Positions 1 to 10,775 of a stretch of DNA of 64,000 nucleotides are shown here, one piece after another (position 1 is the stretch's first letter; each line of letters starts with the position of its first letter). The position numbers and the translations under genes are program-made. Under the pieces are notes generated by a model, which was given only the letters and a program-made list of their open reading frames with translations, was not told the DNA's origin and did no database searches. Source of the stretch: Lepidodermella squamata. Lineage: Eukaryota; Animalia; Gastrotricha. The stretch is from NCBI GenBank assembly GCA_047495785.1, contig JBLDXI010000055.1, positions 186,001 to 250,000 on the forward strand, written 5' to 3'.

Positions 1-122
1 AGATAGCCGGGCTGAATAACAGCGGGCGATGGAAAAGCGTCGCGGTCCCGAATGTTTTCCAGGTAATCAGCGACGTAGTCGATCATCTCTTTACCTCGTC
101 GGCGAAACTCTTCCGCATCCAT
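1..122 (-). CDS. DDC: DOPA/aromatic L-amino acid decarboxylase paralogue 2, 5' end only (runs off window)
   Basis: ATG at 122 gives [40 protein letters not shown], a canonical AADC N-terminus nearly identical to the copy starting at 2904; TATA-like (203-208) and GATAA motifs upstream. Confidence 0.85.
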   Translation of the reverse strand, partial: MDAEEFRRRGKEMIDYVADYLENIRDRDAFPSPAVIQPGY

Positions 123-509
123 GATTTTGCTGATTGTTATCGGGCTCGTGACTTGAAAAACGGCTTCTTTGGTGACACTGAGCCTGTACTGCCATTTTTC
201 ACTTATATTCAGTACTCAGAGATAAGCGAATTGAGCCGGTTTCTTTTGTTGATAAGAAGGGCGATAATATAGTAGATCAAACTCTCGTATACACATGACA
301 CGAAGGCTTTATTAGATTTCAAAAACTCAAGCAAATACTTTTACAAACAGAGGCTTGAAATGAAATTGTCCAAACAACAGAAAAAGATAGAAAAGCACAT
401 TTTAACATATTACCTTCATTCAAAAGATTAGCCGTGTGCTAAGGAAGTCAATAATACAAAACGCCATTGAAAGCTAACCGTAGTGAAACCAGATCGCGAT
501 CGTCTTTGG

Positions 510-2904
510 CTACTTGTTTCGATCCTCCAGGAGTTTCGTCGCTAATTCTTTGATGACATTCCAGCCATAATCAACGTCTTCATCAGTTGTTCGGGTGGCA
601 CAAATTGCGAACCGAAGCATATAGACACCCCTGGCAAAAGAGAATGTGTCGACACAAATATTTCAAGGAGAAAAATTGGTCACTTACTTCACTTTCGTCG
701 GCACCAGGTGAATTCTGTTGTCCGCACAAATCGCGTTGTAAAGAGTTTCATTGACAGAGTTGCATTCGTCGATATTTTCGGAAACTTTCGCGCGGAAACA
801 CACCAGCCCCAAACGAACATCCTGGGTGACAACAAAGCGATCGTCTGAGCGCACCTTTTCTTCGAATAAGTGCGCCTGAGTCACTTGCTTTCGAATGTGC
901 TCCTGCAATTGAGAAGATATAAAATAGAATCCATTGTGACCTTGAATAATTTAACAAGAGCCAATAGATTCGATACTCTTATAAAATTCAAGATGAGATT
1001 TAAACTGGTTCTAAAATTTATATAGCCAGGTATGAATCATTATGAATAAATTATTTCATTTTGATATATAAAATAAGTGTGTACTGCTTGCACAGCTGCT
1101 GCTAAATACATAGTCAAATATAAAATGAAGTTGGCGCATATGGTTAATGGCTGGAAGCAGTGGCGTGCTTCTGTAACTCAGCGACTTGAGAGCCGGGCTT
1201 GCCGGATGGCTGGCCGGTGGGAGTCCTGTCTCTGGATGTCACATGTCGATCGAGCGCCCCGTGTAAGTACGCCATCAACATGGTCGGTGCGGCGGAGGCC
1301 GTACTGCCCAGGTTGCGTAATGACACGTCAAAGGTCAGGTCCTAACGGAAGCAGCCTAACGATGTGCGTGGTGAGCGGTACCGGGACAGTGCTTGTGAAT
1401 GTGCGCCTTAGCCAGCCCATCGGTTCAGATGGACGCAAATCTTTTTTGTTTTTTTAATTTTTTTTTGTTTTTTTTTTGAATTCCTAATTCCTAAACATGG
1501 GTATCTAATTGAAGACAATGACTCAGCTGACCTGAATTTGTTTTACTCCATACAATCGCAACACGAAGAAGAGTTTCAGTGATCGGAAACGCCTTCCAAG
1601 AGGTATCTGCCTAAAATAAGAAACATTAGTTGGCATCCTGAAACTTTTTGCGACTTCTTCTCACCAGTGACGATAGTCTGGAACTCCATGGCCTTCAGCT
1701 TGGTGCTTCAAGTAGACAGGATTTACGTTGAATGCGTCAACCTAGGGATTGTGTAAAGAATTAAACTGATTTCCCCAAGCAGAGTTTCGCGCACTTACCA
1801 CATCACTTGCATCTTTGAACCACATGGCTGAACAATCAAAGTTGACCAACATCCATTTATGAGGGTTAAAGTTGAATGAATCGGCGAATTCAACACCATT
1901 TAGTAAAGGTCGAAACTCCGGGCAAATAAATGAACTGCCGGCATAGGCTGCATCGACGTGCAACCATATCGGCGTTGCATAATCGGTGCTTTTATTGTAA
2001 TCATCGACAACTTTCCCCATTTCCACCAAGTTGTCGAATGCACAAGTATTGGTTGTTCCAAGGGTTGCTACAATGTAGAATGGAATCAAGCCATCGGCTA
2101 CTGCAGCGTCAATAGCAGCCTTTAGGGTGTCACCGCGTAAAGAATTGTTTTCGTCACTGGACAACTTGACAAAATGTCGAATGCCGCCCAAAAGACCTGC
2201 CCTTTCTACGCTCGAATGCGCTTGGTCTGAACAGAATGCGACCAGTCGATCTATGATTCCGCCTGGGGTTGAACCTGGAGATAATTTCATATGATGCAAC
2301 ACCGTCCTGCTTCGAGCAGCTAAAAGGGCTGTCAATGTAGCTTCCGATGCAGTTCCATGGATTATTCCGCCTCCTTTCCCTTTGGAACTGAAGAGAAAAT
2401 GTTCCGGAAGCTCTAACATTTTAGCAAGCCAGTCCATCATTACAGTTTCGAGCTAAAAAAATATTTCTCAATTAATGGGAAAACAGTTATCTAAAATGAT
2501 CACCTCTGTACAACTAGGTGACGACGCCCATGTGAATCCTATGCAACCAATCGCGTCGGATAAAATATCTGCCACGATTGCCGGATAGGAATTAGCTGTC
2601 GGAAAATACGCGAAGAAGTGCGGCGAATGCCAGTTCGTAACGCCAGGCAATACAACCCGATTTATATCGGCCATAATTGCTTCGAAAGATTCTGGCTCCT
2701 GTGGGGCTTCGCTTGGCAACATGGGTGCTAGATAACCCGGTTTAATTTCGGACGGTGGCGGGAAAGCGGGCCTGAAAAAAATAGGCGCTGAAAAAGCGTC
2801 TGAATTATAGAAAGGTGGGCTAACCTGTCGCGAATGTTTTCCAAATAATCGGCAACGAAATCAATCATCTCTTTACCTCGTCGTCGAAACTCTTCCGCGT
2901 CCAT
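510..2904 (-). CDS. DDC: DOPA decarboxylase (group II PLP decarboxylase), multi-exon
   Basis: Motifs [42 protein letters not shown] (PLP lysine), VYLKH and [13 protein letters not shown] (Gly at this position favours DDC over TDC/HDC); GT-AG introns; stop TAG at 510-512. Confidence 0.95.
1119..1125 (+). promoter_or_regulatory. TATA box about 30 bp upstream of the SRP RNA gene
   Basis: TATAAAA at -30 from the predicted start at 1149. Confidence 0.55.
1149..1447 (+). ncRNA. 7SL / signal recognition particle (SRP) RNA
   Basis: About 300 nt; Alu-domain start GGCTGGAAGCAGTGGCGTGCTTCTGTAAC resembles Drosophila 7SL as recalled; CATCAACATGG; helix 6 with GGAG tetraloop (gcggcGGAGgccgt); helix 8 GGTCAGG-TCC-TAAC-GGA-AGCAGCC; T-tract terminator; upstream TATAAAA at 1119-1125. 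Confidence 0.93.
1442..1477 (+). terminator. RNA polymerase III oligo-T terminator of SRP RNA
   Basis: Several runs of 6-10 T immediately after the 3' end AAATC. Confidence 0.8.
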
Positions 2905-3663
2905 TTTTAATTCTGAAAATCGCCGGTGATGACTCTGGGCTCAAGCCTTAATTGAAAACACCTATCAACATAAAAGTCAAGCAAATAAAGCGTAAGATGA
3001 GAAAGGAGCGGTTCTACTCAAACGTTATCAAGTTGTTTGGAGAGTTTTCACTGGCTAAAAATCGAGAACATAATTCAGCATGCGGTTCATGTTGTGAAGG
3101 GACTTCCACCGTCCGCTTTAATTGTTGAGTGTTGAATAATATGCAGAGCTGTTCCATGAAGCATGAGCACTAGAAATGACCCGAAACATGGCACTTGTGT
3201 TATTTCTAGCAGCCGCGTAAAAGAGAGTGCACAACTGTTGGTAGCGTAAAATTATGCCGACGTCGGCTGGTGCATATAGCCTGGCTTACTGGCTGCGGCC
3301 CGTCAGCGTGCTTATTTTGTCGCCTGCTCTTCCGTGCGTCCGAGCCTCTATTTTTCTGAAGCTGTCCACAGCATCTATGGCGTGAAACCATTTGCGCGTC
3401 ATTCTTGATTGCTTCCGGATGCGCACGCGCGCAATCTTTCACGCCAGAGCGGAAATGAAAGACCCTACAACGGGCGGGTGGCAAATCTCAATAGGCCCCG
3501 AATATAAAGCTAACACTTATAATATATACCAAAAAATCGTTAAAATCACGTTTTATATTGAAAAAAGGCGCCAAGGCGTTAAAAATCGGCATTTTTTTAT
3601 TCACAATATCAAAACAATATTCAAAAAACCAAACATATATATGCGTGAAAGATGAAACAACAG

Positions 3664-5373
3664 CTAAATTGTCTCGCTGAAGACATTATTGAAGATAGCG
3701 CAAGTCCACCGTGCCGAGTGGCGTTCAGCCTCTCGCCTGCAATGAACAATTGTATCGAAAGTTAGTCCAACATATTGTTCCTCGTCATGCGAGGACAACG
3801 CCCCATCGCTAGCAGCAGACCGAGAGGACCCGCTGACTTGCGTTTGAGGCAACTGAACAGTTTTCACCAGCTTTCCGGTCAAATTGTCGAAAAACATGAC
3901 GCGGTCACTCGGTGATTTTGAGGTTGCAACGAGTAGAGCGAGAAGTTCCAACTCGGCGCTGTAGCTAACAGAAACAACAGTATTGGTCTCATCTTCAGAT
4001 CCATCCAGCTCGAAAGACGACATTGGCGATCCGTAAAATTCACACCTTTTCACCTGCCTACCGCGAGAGGTAACAATAGGGGAAGAGCACGGCGTTGATT
4101 CATTACTACTAGTACTTGGTCTATTATTTTCCAACAAGGTTGAGCAGATAAATTGAACCTCCAGCCGTTTCGAGCCATTTTTCTCAACATATTCATAAAC
4201 AACAACTTTTGAGCCAGTAACGTAAATTAAGCGGGAAGAATCGTCCGGGTGCGTGAACAGCCGGTGAGGTAGAATAGCTGTCACGTCGTTATCAGCAAAA
4301 ACGCCGTTTTTCAACGTATTTTTTCGAAGAGCATCAACTACATTGAACTGAAACGGAGCCCGAACCGGCGAGACGAGGCAAAGTAGCGAGGATCGATCAG
4401 CTTCGACGCCCGCTACAGCGAGTTCCAAGTGATGCCCGTGTGAGGAAACTTCAAAAAGCATCGGGGGTAACGATTTGGTGTCGACATTAACCGGAATTCC
4501 ATCGGGGTATGTACCGACTACCAGCATGGTGATCGGGTCTCGTTCTCCAACTTTCAACTGCCTGTAATCGCTGTATCGTAGTTCAAACAAATGTCTCAGG
4601 CTGTAAATTCTGATGGTAGATTTGCCACTATGCATCACTAATAGCATGTCAGAGTGAATTTCAGCCGAAACAACATCGCTGCCGAAAACTGAGCGGCGAA
4701 TTTGAAAATGGGCGACGAAATCGAGAGGGTAGACTTTGAACAGCATGAAGCTCAGGACAACGTCGTTTATGTCACCAGAAGCCGACGAATGCCGCTTAGG
4801 ATTGCAAACGCTGGACACGACGAAAGACTCTTGCGGCTTGTTCCAGCTCATTTCATGCATTTTAGCCGTGGGAGATTTCGATAGAAATAGCCGCTGGACA
4901 AGTTTACCAGTGTTAGGACTGCGAAGTTCCAGAAATCCGAGTTTGAACAAAAATATGAAAAATCCGTTTTCCTCCAGGTAAGTTTCGCTAACGGGACTTT
5001 TCAGGCATTTGACACTCTCAAGCGAAGACTGACAGTACAAAACGTCGAGAACTATCGACGATCGAGAAATAAATTCGTCGACATCGAACAGTGGCCGGCG
5101 TGGCATTAAGCTGGATAAGCATGTTTGGCGCGAATTTACAAGTAATCGACTCGCCTCTTCGAAGAAGTGAGGAACGGTCGAGTATTTCTGCTTAGGCTGC
5201 TGCCAAACCCGCCGGCTGTATCGGCGATGAGGCGATTCGAACAAACTCCGCAGCATCCTGCACATGAGCCGATACGGGCAGTGATGGCTGGTTCCATTTT
5301 CTCGATCTCGTAAAAGATGCAGAAACGACTTTCTCGGGCCATTATTATTGCTGCTATTGTTGTTGTTAGGCAT
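3664..5373 (-). CDS. DCAF17: DDB1- and CUL4-associated factor 17 (intronless CDS; 5' UTR intron 5382-5430)
   Basis: 569 aa ORF; FGSDVVSAEIHSDMLLVMHS..IRIYSL and VGTYPDGIPVNVDTKSLPPMLFEVSS match the recalled human DCAF17 segments. Confidence 0.8.
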   Translation of the reverse strand: MPNNNNSSNNNGPRKSFLHLLRDRENGTSHHCPYRLMCRMLRSLFESPHRRYSRRVWQQPKQKYSTVPHFFEEASRLLVNSRQTCLSSLMPRRPLFDVDEFISRSSIVLDVLYCQSSLESVKCLKSPVSETYLEENGFFIFLFKLGFLELRSPNTGKLVQRLFLSKSPTAKMHEMSWNKPQESFVVSSVCNPKRHSSASGDINDVVLSFMLFKVYPLDFVAHFQIRRSVFGSDVVSAEIHSDMLLVMHSGKSTIRIYSLRHLFELRYSDYRQLKVGERDPITMLVVGTYPDGIPVNVDTKSLPPMLFEVSSHGHHLELAVAGVEADRSSLLCLVSPVRAPFQFNVVDALRKNTLKNGVFADNDVTAILPHRLFTHPDDSSRLIYVTGSKVVVYEYVEKNGSKRLEVQFICSTLLENNRPSTSSNESTPCSSPIVTSRGRQVKRCEFYGSPMSSFELDGSEDETNTVVSVSYSAELELLALLVATSKSPSDRVMFFDNLTGKLVKTVQLPQTQVSGSSRSAASDGALSSHDEEQYVGLTFDTIVHCRREAERHSARWTCAIFNNVFSETI

Positions 5374-5652
5374 GCCTAAGCCTGTGAAATAAAATTTACA
5401 TTTGCTCGTCTGAAAGTTGAGTAAACAAACCTGTTCAATCGATAAATTGCAGCAAGACTCATCGACTATTCCGAGATATGAAAGCCGAGTACTTAAATTC
5501 TATTATGATAGATCAGCGCCTAGCCACACATAAAAATAACACGTTGATTTATTTTCCGACGCGCTTCCGTGTTTCGCATTTATTTCAAAATATACTCATA
5601 TATACTGCAAGTGAGTCATGGAACAGTGTTGATTAGATGTCTCTCTTGTATA

Positions 5653-6658
5653 TTAGGCTTTAGTCGCACTAGGCGGCAAAGGGTAGTCTATCACGATCGG
5701 ACGGTATTTCACTTCATTCGAGTACGAGCAAATAGCACCGTTTATGAAAGTTGTTGAAAGCTCTGGAGAATTTAGCACACCGTGACCGCCATGCATATGG
5801 CCGAACAAGTGAAAAGCTGGCCGAACTCGGTTCAGCGAGTGATTAAGTAGCGCCAAATCGCCTTCATGGGTGCCGGAGCTGCTTGGATCGAGCAAACCCA
5901 TAGGCGGCGAATGCGTTATCAGAACATCCGTGTCAGACGGGATATTACTCCAACATTTGTCCATTTCAGGCCCGCGGTTGTGAACGAAAACATGCGGCCC
6001 GCCCCGGCAAGGAGGAATCCTGATGCAAAAAAGCACAATGAGTAGTCACAACAACCAAATTTACGTTGAAAAACTGTTAAAATTACCATGGAGATCCATA
6101 GAATTTAATGCCGGAAAATTTGACGGAAGAGTCCAGTAAATAATGGGCATTTGAAAGCAATTTTTGGCCATAGGAATGACGCTCTGCCTCAGGAGCGTCT
6201 CCGATGCAATTGTCATGATTTCCGTTTATGACAATGATTTTTCGAAACAAATGAGCAACCTTTCCTAGACCAATGAATTTGAAAAATTAAGAAGTTTCAA
6301 GCTGCAAGAATTTACCGAATTCTTTATTGACAGCGATTACTTCTTCCTCAGTACCCTTGACGGTCAAGTCACCGCAATGAATAAGAACATCTCCAGGAGG
6401 CAAATTAAGACCGCTGATTGGGTGGTTGTGAGTGTCGCTGCAAAGAAAATTATTCGAAAAACCAGCATTAATTCAATTAAAAAAATACCTGATGACAACA
6501 ATTCTCACAAAGTTCGGATTGATCGGCGAATTCTCAGGAATAAGTTCCGGTTTAGGCGGGATAGCCCATAAACTTTTCAATGGTTCAACGTCACGATATA
6601 GGTGATATACTTCGTCACCAATTGGGCCATCATTGTTCCAGTCGATTCGGTCAATCAT
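5653..6658 (-). CDS. MPPED1/2-like (239FB family) metallophosphoesterase, copy A
   Basis: Calcineurin-like motifs ISDTH, GDLT, GNHD, FYGSPW, ITHSPP, FGHMH across 4 exons. Confidence 0.88.
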
Positions 6659-6803
6659 TGCTTAATTAAATCTATCATAAATAAAATCAAGTCAGCCTTT
6701 GAAAACTCGGATAAAAAAATATATCAGCGTGTCGAAACCGAGCAAGCTTCACCGATCTGATTTGCAAGCGAACCGGTTTTTTTTCGTGAACGGATAAATT
6801 AAA

Positions 6804-8363
6804 TTAGGCCATATTGCTCTCGATATCAGCTAGAACATTGGCTACCATAGGCGACTCGTCTATTCCAATCGAGGCCACCAAACGATCCGCAAACTGGCTG
6901 AGAAGCTGGTCATTCATATCAGCTTCCAGTTGCGCATATCTATCATCAGGTTTTGTCGAGGTGAAAGCGGCATTCGCCTTCGGCTCTTGGGGTTTCGTTG
7001 TTGATTTCTTCTTTTTTCGACCTAGGTTCGCTTATACTTTGACAAAGATAGGCATTTTTCAGTTAAATTACTTTTAAGATAGGCCTCCCTCGCTTTATGA
7101 AAATATTCCACTTCAAGCTGAAGACAAGCAACGAGCTGTTCGACTGAAAGCGTTGCAATTCGCTCTTCGAAATGCTGATCGATCGTCAATTTCGGGGGTT
7201 TCATCGGCGGCCGAGATTCTGCCACCAGAAATCGATGCTGTTGAGCAGTTCGAGCCGATAAACGATTATCCGGGTCATACGTCAGCAAGCTTGCGACAAA
7301 ATCAACCAATACCAACAATTCAGTTTCGAGCATCGCAGGGTTGGGAATGATATTCGGTAAAAATGGGGTGAAGAGGTTCTGAAGGAAAGACCGCGAGTTG
7401 TGATGCCGCAATCTTTGTTGAAAGCTAGCTACATAAGCTCGCACGTGTTGGTCTGGAATCTTCGAAACGACCGAATCAGGTGGCCCGCCGAAACTGCTCA
7501 ACATCATGGCAATCAACTCAATAGGGTTGCGAGCTACAAGAAACACTCATTTTAAGTCATTATCGTGAAAATATTTTTTTTACCAGGAAGTAAGAATTGC
7601 CGCACAATCATTTCAGCAACAATGCAACCTGTCGACCACATGTCGATAGCAGATGAGTAATTAGGGAGGCCGAAGACCAGTTCGGGGGCTCGGTAAGCCC
7701 TTGCAACAACATATTGGGTCATTGGCGGTTTGGCAGATTGCGGGTTTGCTGCTTGCGGTTGATTAATTTTCGACGAAAATACTCTCGCTAGACCGAAATC
7801 TGCAATTTTTAACCGGCAGCTTTCATTCAAGAGCAAATTATGAGGTTTCAAGTCGCGATGAATGATCGGAGGTTTTGCGGAATGCAAGTAATCCAAGCCC
7901 AAACAGAGCTGATAAGTCAAATATCTATAAGAATAGCTATGGATCGAGTAACTGCAAAATCTCCTCTCTCAAACCTGACATGCTCCAATGATAGCAAATT
8001 AAACCGAAATTTGCCGTGAAGAACTTCGTATAAATCTGATTCCATAAATGGCATTGCGATGTAAACATCCTTGGACAGTGCGCCTATTGCATTTGTATTA
8101 GACGGCTGAATAAATGCATCTAAAATGCGGATCACGTGGTCCGACTCGTTAACGTGCCGTAATATAAATATTTCACGATAAACTCTTTTCAACAGGTCGA
8201 CTTTGAGTGCATATCGATCCAACGGGATCTTCTTTATCGCCACGACCGTGGGATTAGTTGGGTCGGAGTGGTCGATAGCCTTGCATACAACCCCGAATAC
8301 ACCGCTTCCAACACCGCCTTCTAAGCTATATTGTGTCCCCGCCAAATTGAAGCTAGGCAACAT
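6804..8363 (-). CDS. Divergent MAP kinase (possibly ERK5/MAPK7-like) with TQY activation loop
   Basis: GSGVFGVV, VAIKK, HRDLKPHN, DFGLAR, MTQYVVARAYRAPE, IDMWSTGCIVAEM; 4 exons; basic C-terminal tail (RKKKK); stop at 6804-6806. Confidence 0.85.
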
Positions 8364-8526
8364 CGTTGTGTTATCCTTGGCTAAATATGCAATTAAAATC
8401 TATCGTAAAAGACAGACATTAAATCTTGAAAGCGTTAGATTTCTTATTAAAAGCTAAACTAAACAATAATAAATAAATTGTATAGTTTCACCGAGCTGGA
8501 ATAAATAGCAGAAAAATAATTGAGAA

Positions 8527-9609
8527 TCATGATATATCTAGCTTTTCTAACGATTCAGCAATATCAGTTTCAGGCACTTGATCTGATTTAAAATTAGGCA
8601 AGAGCTCTCGCTTAGAATGCCCTTTTGGTATCGGGACATCAATGACAACAGGCGCGTTGCGAGGTAAATAGCCTTTATCACAAATTGCCGCGTTGATGAA
8701 GGTCGTTGTCTCGGTTTTCAGAACTCCATGGCTCTCGTGAATATGCCCGAATACGTGATACTTTGGTTTCACTCGGTTGAGAACGTGGCCCATCAGCGCC
8801 AAACATCCAGCGCGATTACCGTGGTGTGACAAATCGCATGCTCCAAGAGGTGGAGTGTGGGTTATCAAAACATCAGTATCGTCCGGAATTCCCTTCCAAA
8901 CCTCATCGATTTGCTCGCCGCGCTTCAACATGAAGGCCCACTTACGATAGACGGGCACCCAGGGCGAACCGTGAAATTTGACGCCGCAGATTGTGACGGA
9001 TTGATCGCGCAGATAGATACAATTTTTAAGAGGAACTTCTTTGGAAGGTTTCTTTAGCGACTGCTTTGTGTTAAGGCCAACGAAAGTCTCGAGGTACTCG
9101 TCATGGTTTCCAGCAATCACAATTATTTTATGAAATAATTTCGCCTTTAAGAGCTTTTCTGAGAAAATACGAGAAAATTGAATTTATTTTGAAATCAGCC
9201 GCAAAGCCAACCTAAGTCTTTGTCGAATTCTTCGAACTCCTGTTGAGACCCATACATTGTGAGATCGCCTGCATGTACAAGAACGTCTCCGCTGGGCAGA
9301 TTCATCTGATTGATAGGTCTAGAGTGGGTATCAGAAACGCAAACTATTCGAAGTGCGTCCCTTTGGCGTGGATGGGTGAGGGGCAAAACCGCAGCTTTAG
9401 GTGTGCCGTTCGCCACCATAGTCAGAGGCTATAATTACAGCGTAAAGATGGGTTAATAGAGGCTGGTGGCTAACCTCTTTATCCCGATACTCTTCCCATA
9501 CTTGCGTTGGGTCTTTCCGGCTTAACCAATCGATGCCATCGACGCTTTTCGGCTCTTCGTCTGAACCTTGTTTCTTCTTGCTCCAGAACTCTTTAACACT
9601 ATTAAACAT
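8527..9609 (-). CDS. MPPED1/2-like metallophosphoesterase, copy B
   Basis: VSDTH, HAGDLT, IAGNHD, FHGSPW, ITHTPP, FGHIHE; 3 exons. Confidence 0.9.
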
Positions 9610-9780
9610 CTAAGAATTATAGAAAACTCCGTTAGAATCTACAAAATATTTATTGCGCATCAGCTAATCGCTATTATCAGAAAGAAATGGAATGTTGTAT
9701 TTCGAGGTTACAGTCGAGCATAACACCCGAAAAATGACAATATAATTAAAAAAATGAGCCGGTTCCAATATTTATCCTAG

Positions 9781-10775
9781 TTATTGCAGCTCTTGTTTAG
9801 AGTGGCCGTTGGGCAGCGGTAAATCGAATAAAACGGGCGGATTTATTGGACGATACGTCAACGTGCACGTTGAGGCGTTTATGAAAGTAGTGCTTCCGTG
9901 CGAGACTACACCCCGTCCTAAGGTGTGAAAACAGATACGCGCTGTTAGGAATCAATAGCAATAACTTGGAAGCACTTACGCTCGTGAATGTGACCGAAAA
10001 TGTGGAATTTAGGCTTGATGCGGTACAGAACGTGGCTGGTGAGCGCCAGGCAACCTGATCGATCACCCGAGTGGCACAGATCCAAAATACCTAACGGCGG
10101 ACCGTGAGTGATTAGCACATCGGTATTCGAGGGGATATGCCGCCAGACTTTATCCAGCTCCTCGCCTCGCTTTTTCATGAAAGCCCATTTGAAAAATTCA
10201 GGAGTCCTGTGAACAAATAATCTATTAGATCTAATCTATCATGGTTTATCGTACAAACCAAGGGGAGCCGTAAAAATTAAGGCCGCAAATAGTTATGCCA
10301 TCGTCTTCTAAATAAGTGCAATTCGTCAATAAATCTCGACTTGATGGTGTTGTTTCCAGCATGAAATCGTGATTTCCAGCTATTACGATGATTTTCTTGA
10401 ACAAGGGAGCCACTAAGCCAAGTTCCTTATTAAACTCTAACACTTGCTGCTCGGTGCCTGTTCGTGAAAAGTCACCGGCATGAATCAAAATGTCGCCCTT
10501 GGGTAAATTCAAGTTTTTCAACTGCCAGCCATGCGTATCAGATATGCAGACGACTCGCAGTGCATCTTCTCGAATCGGGGAATCAATTGGTAATATTTTG
10601 TCTGAAGGTGGTGAGCGTAATGAATTGAGTGGCTGTAATTATGAAAAAAATATCATGTGCCCTAGCTTAAGAGACGGCTGAGAAATCCTACCGGTAAATG
10701 GCAGAATTCGTTATAGGCCACCGTTGCTTCGGAGGGAGAGAGCCAGTCGATCTCTGTTGGCTTAGATGAGGTCAT
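9781..10775 (-). CDS. MPPED1/2-like metallophosphoesterase, copy C
   Basis: ISDTHG, HAGDFS, IAGNHD, FYGSPW, ITHGPP, FGHIHE, FINASTC; 4 exons; stop TAA at 9781-9783. Confidence 0.9.

Noticed and set aside
1333-1356. Bacterial 4.5S RNA contamination or horizontal transfer
   Set aside because: Embedded in a full eukaryotic 7SL (Alu domain, helix 6, T-tract) inside a spliceosomal intron.
1077-1457. 126-aa ORF (and 1144-1326 on minus)
   Set aside because: Spurious; it coincides with the SRP RNA gene.
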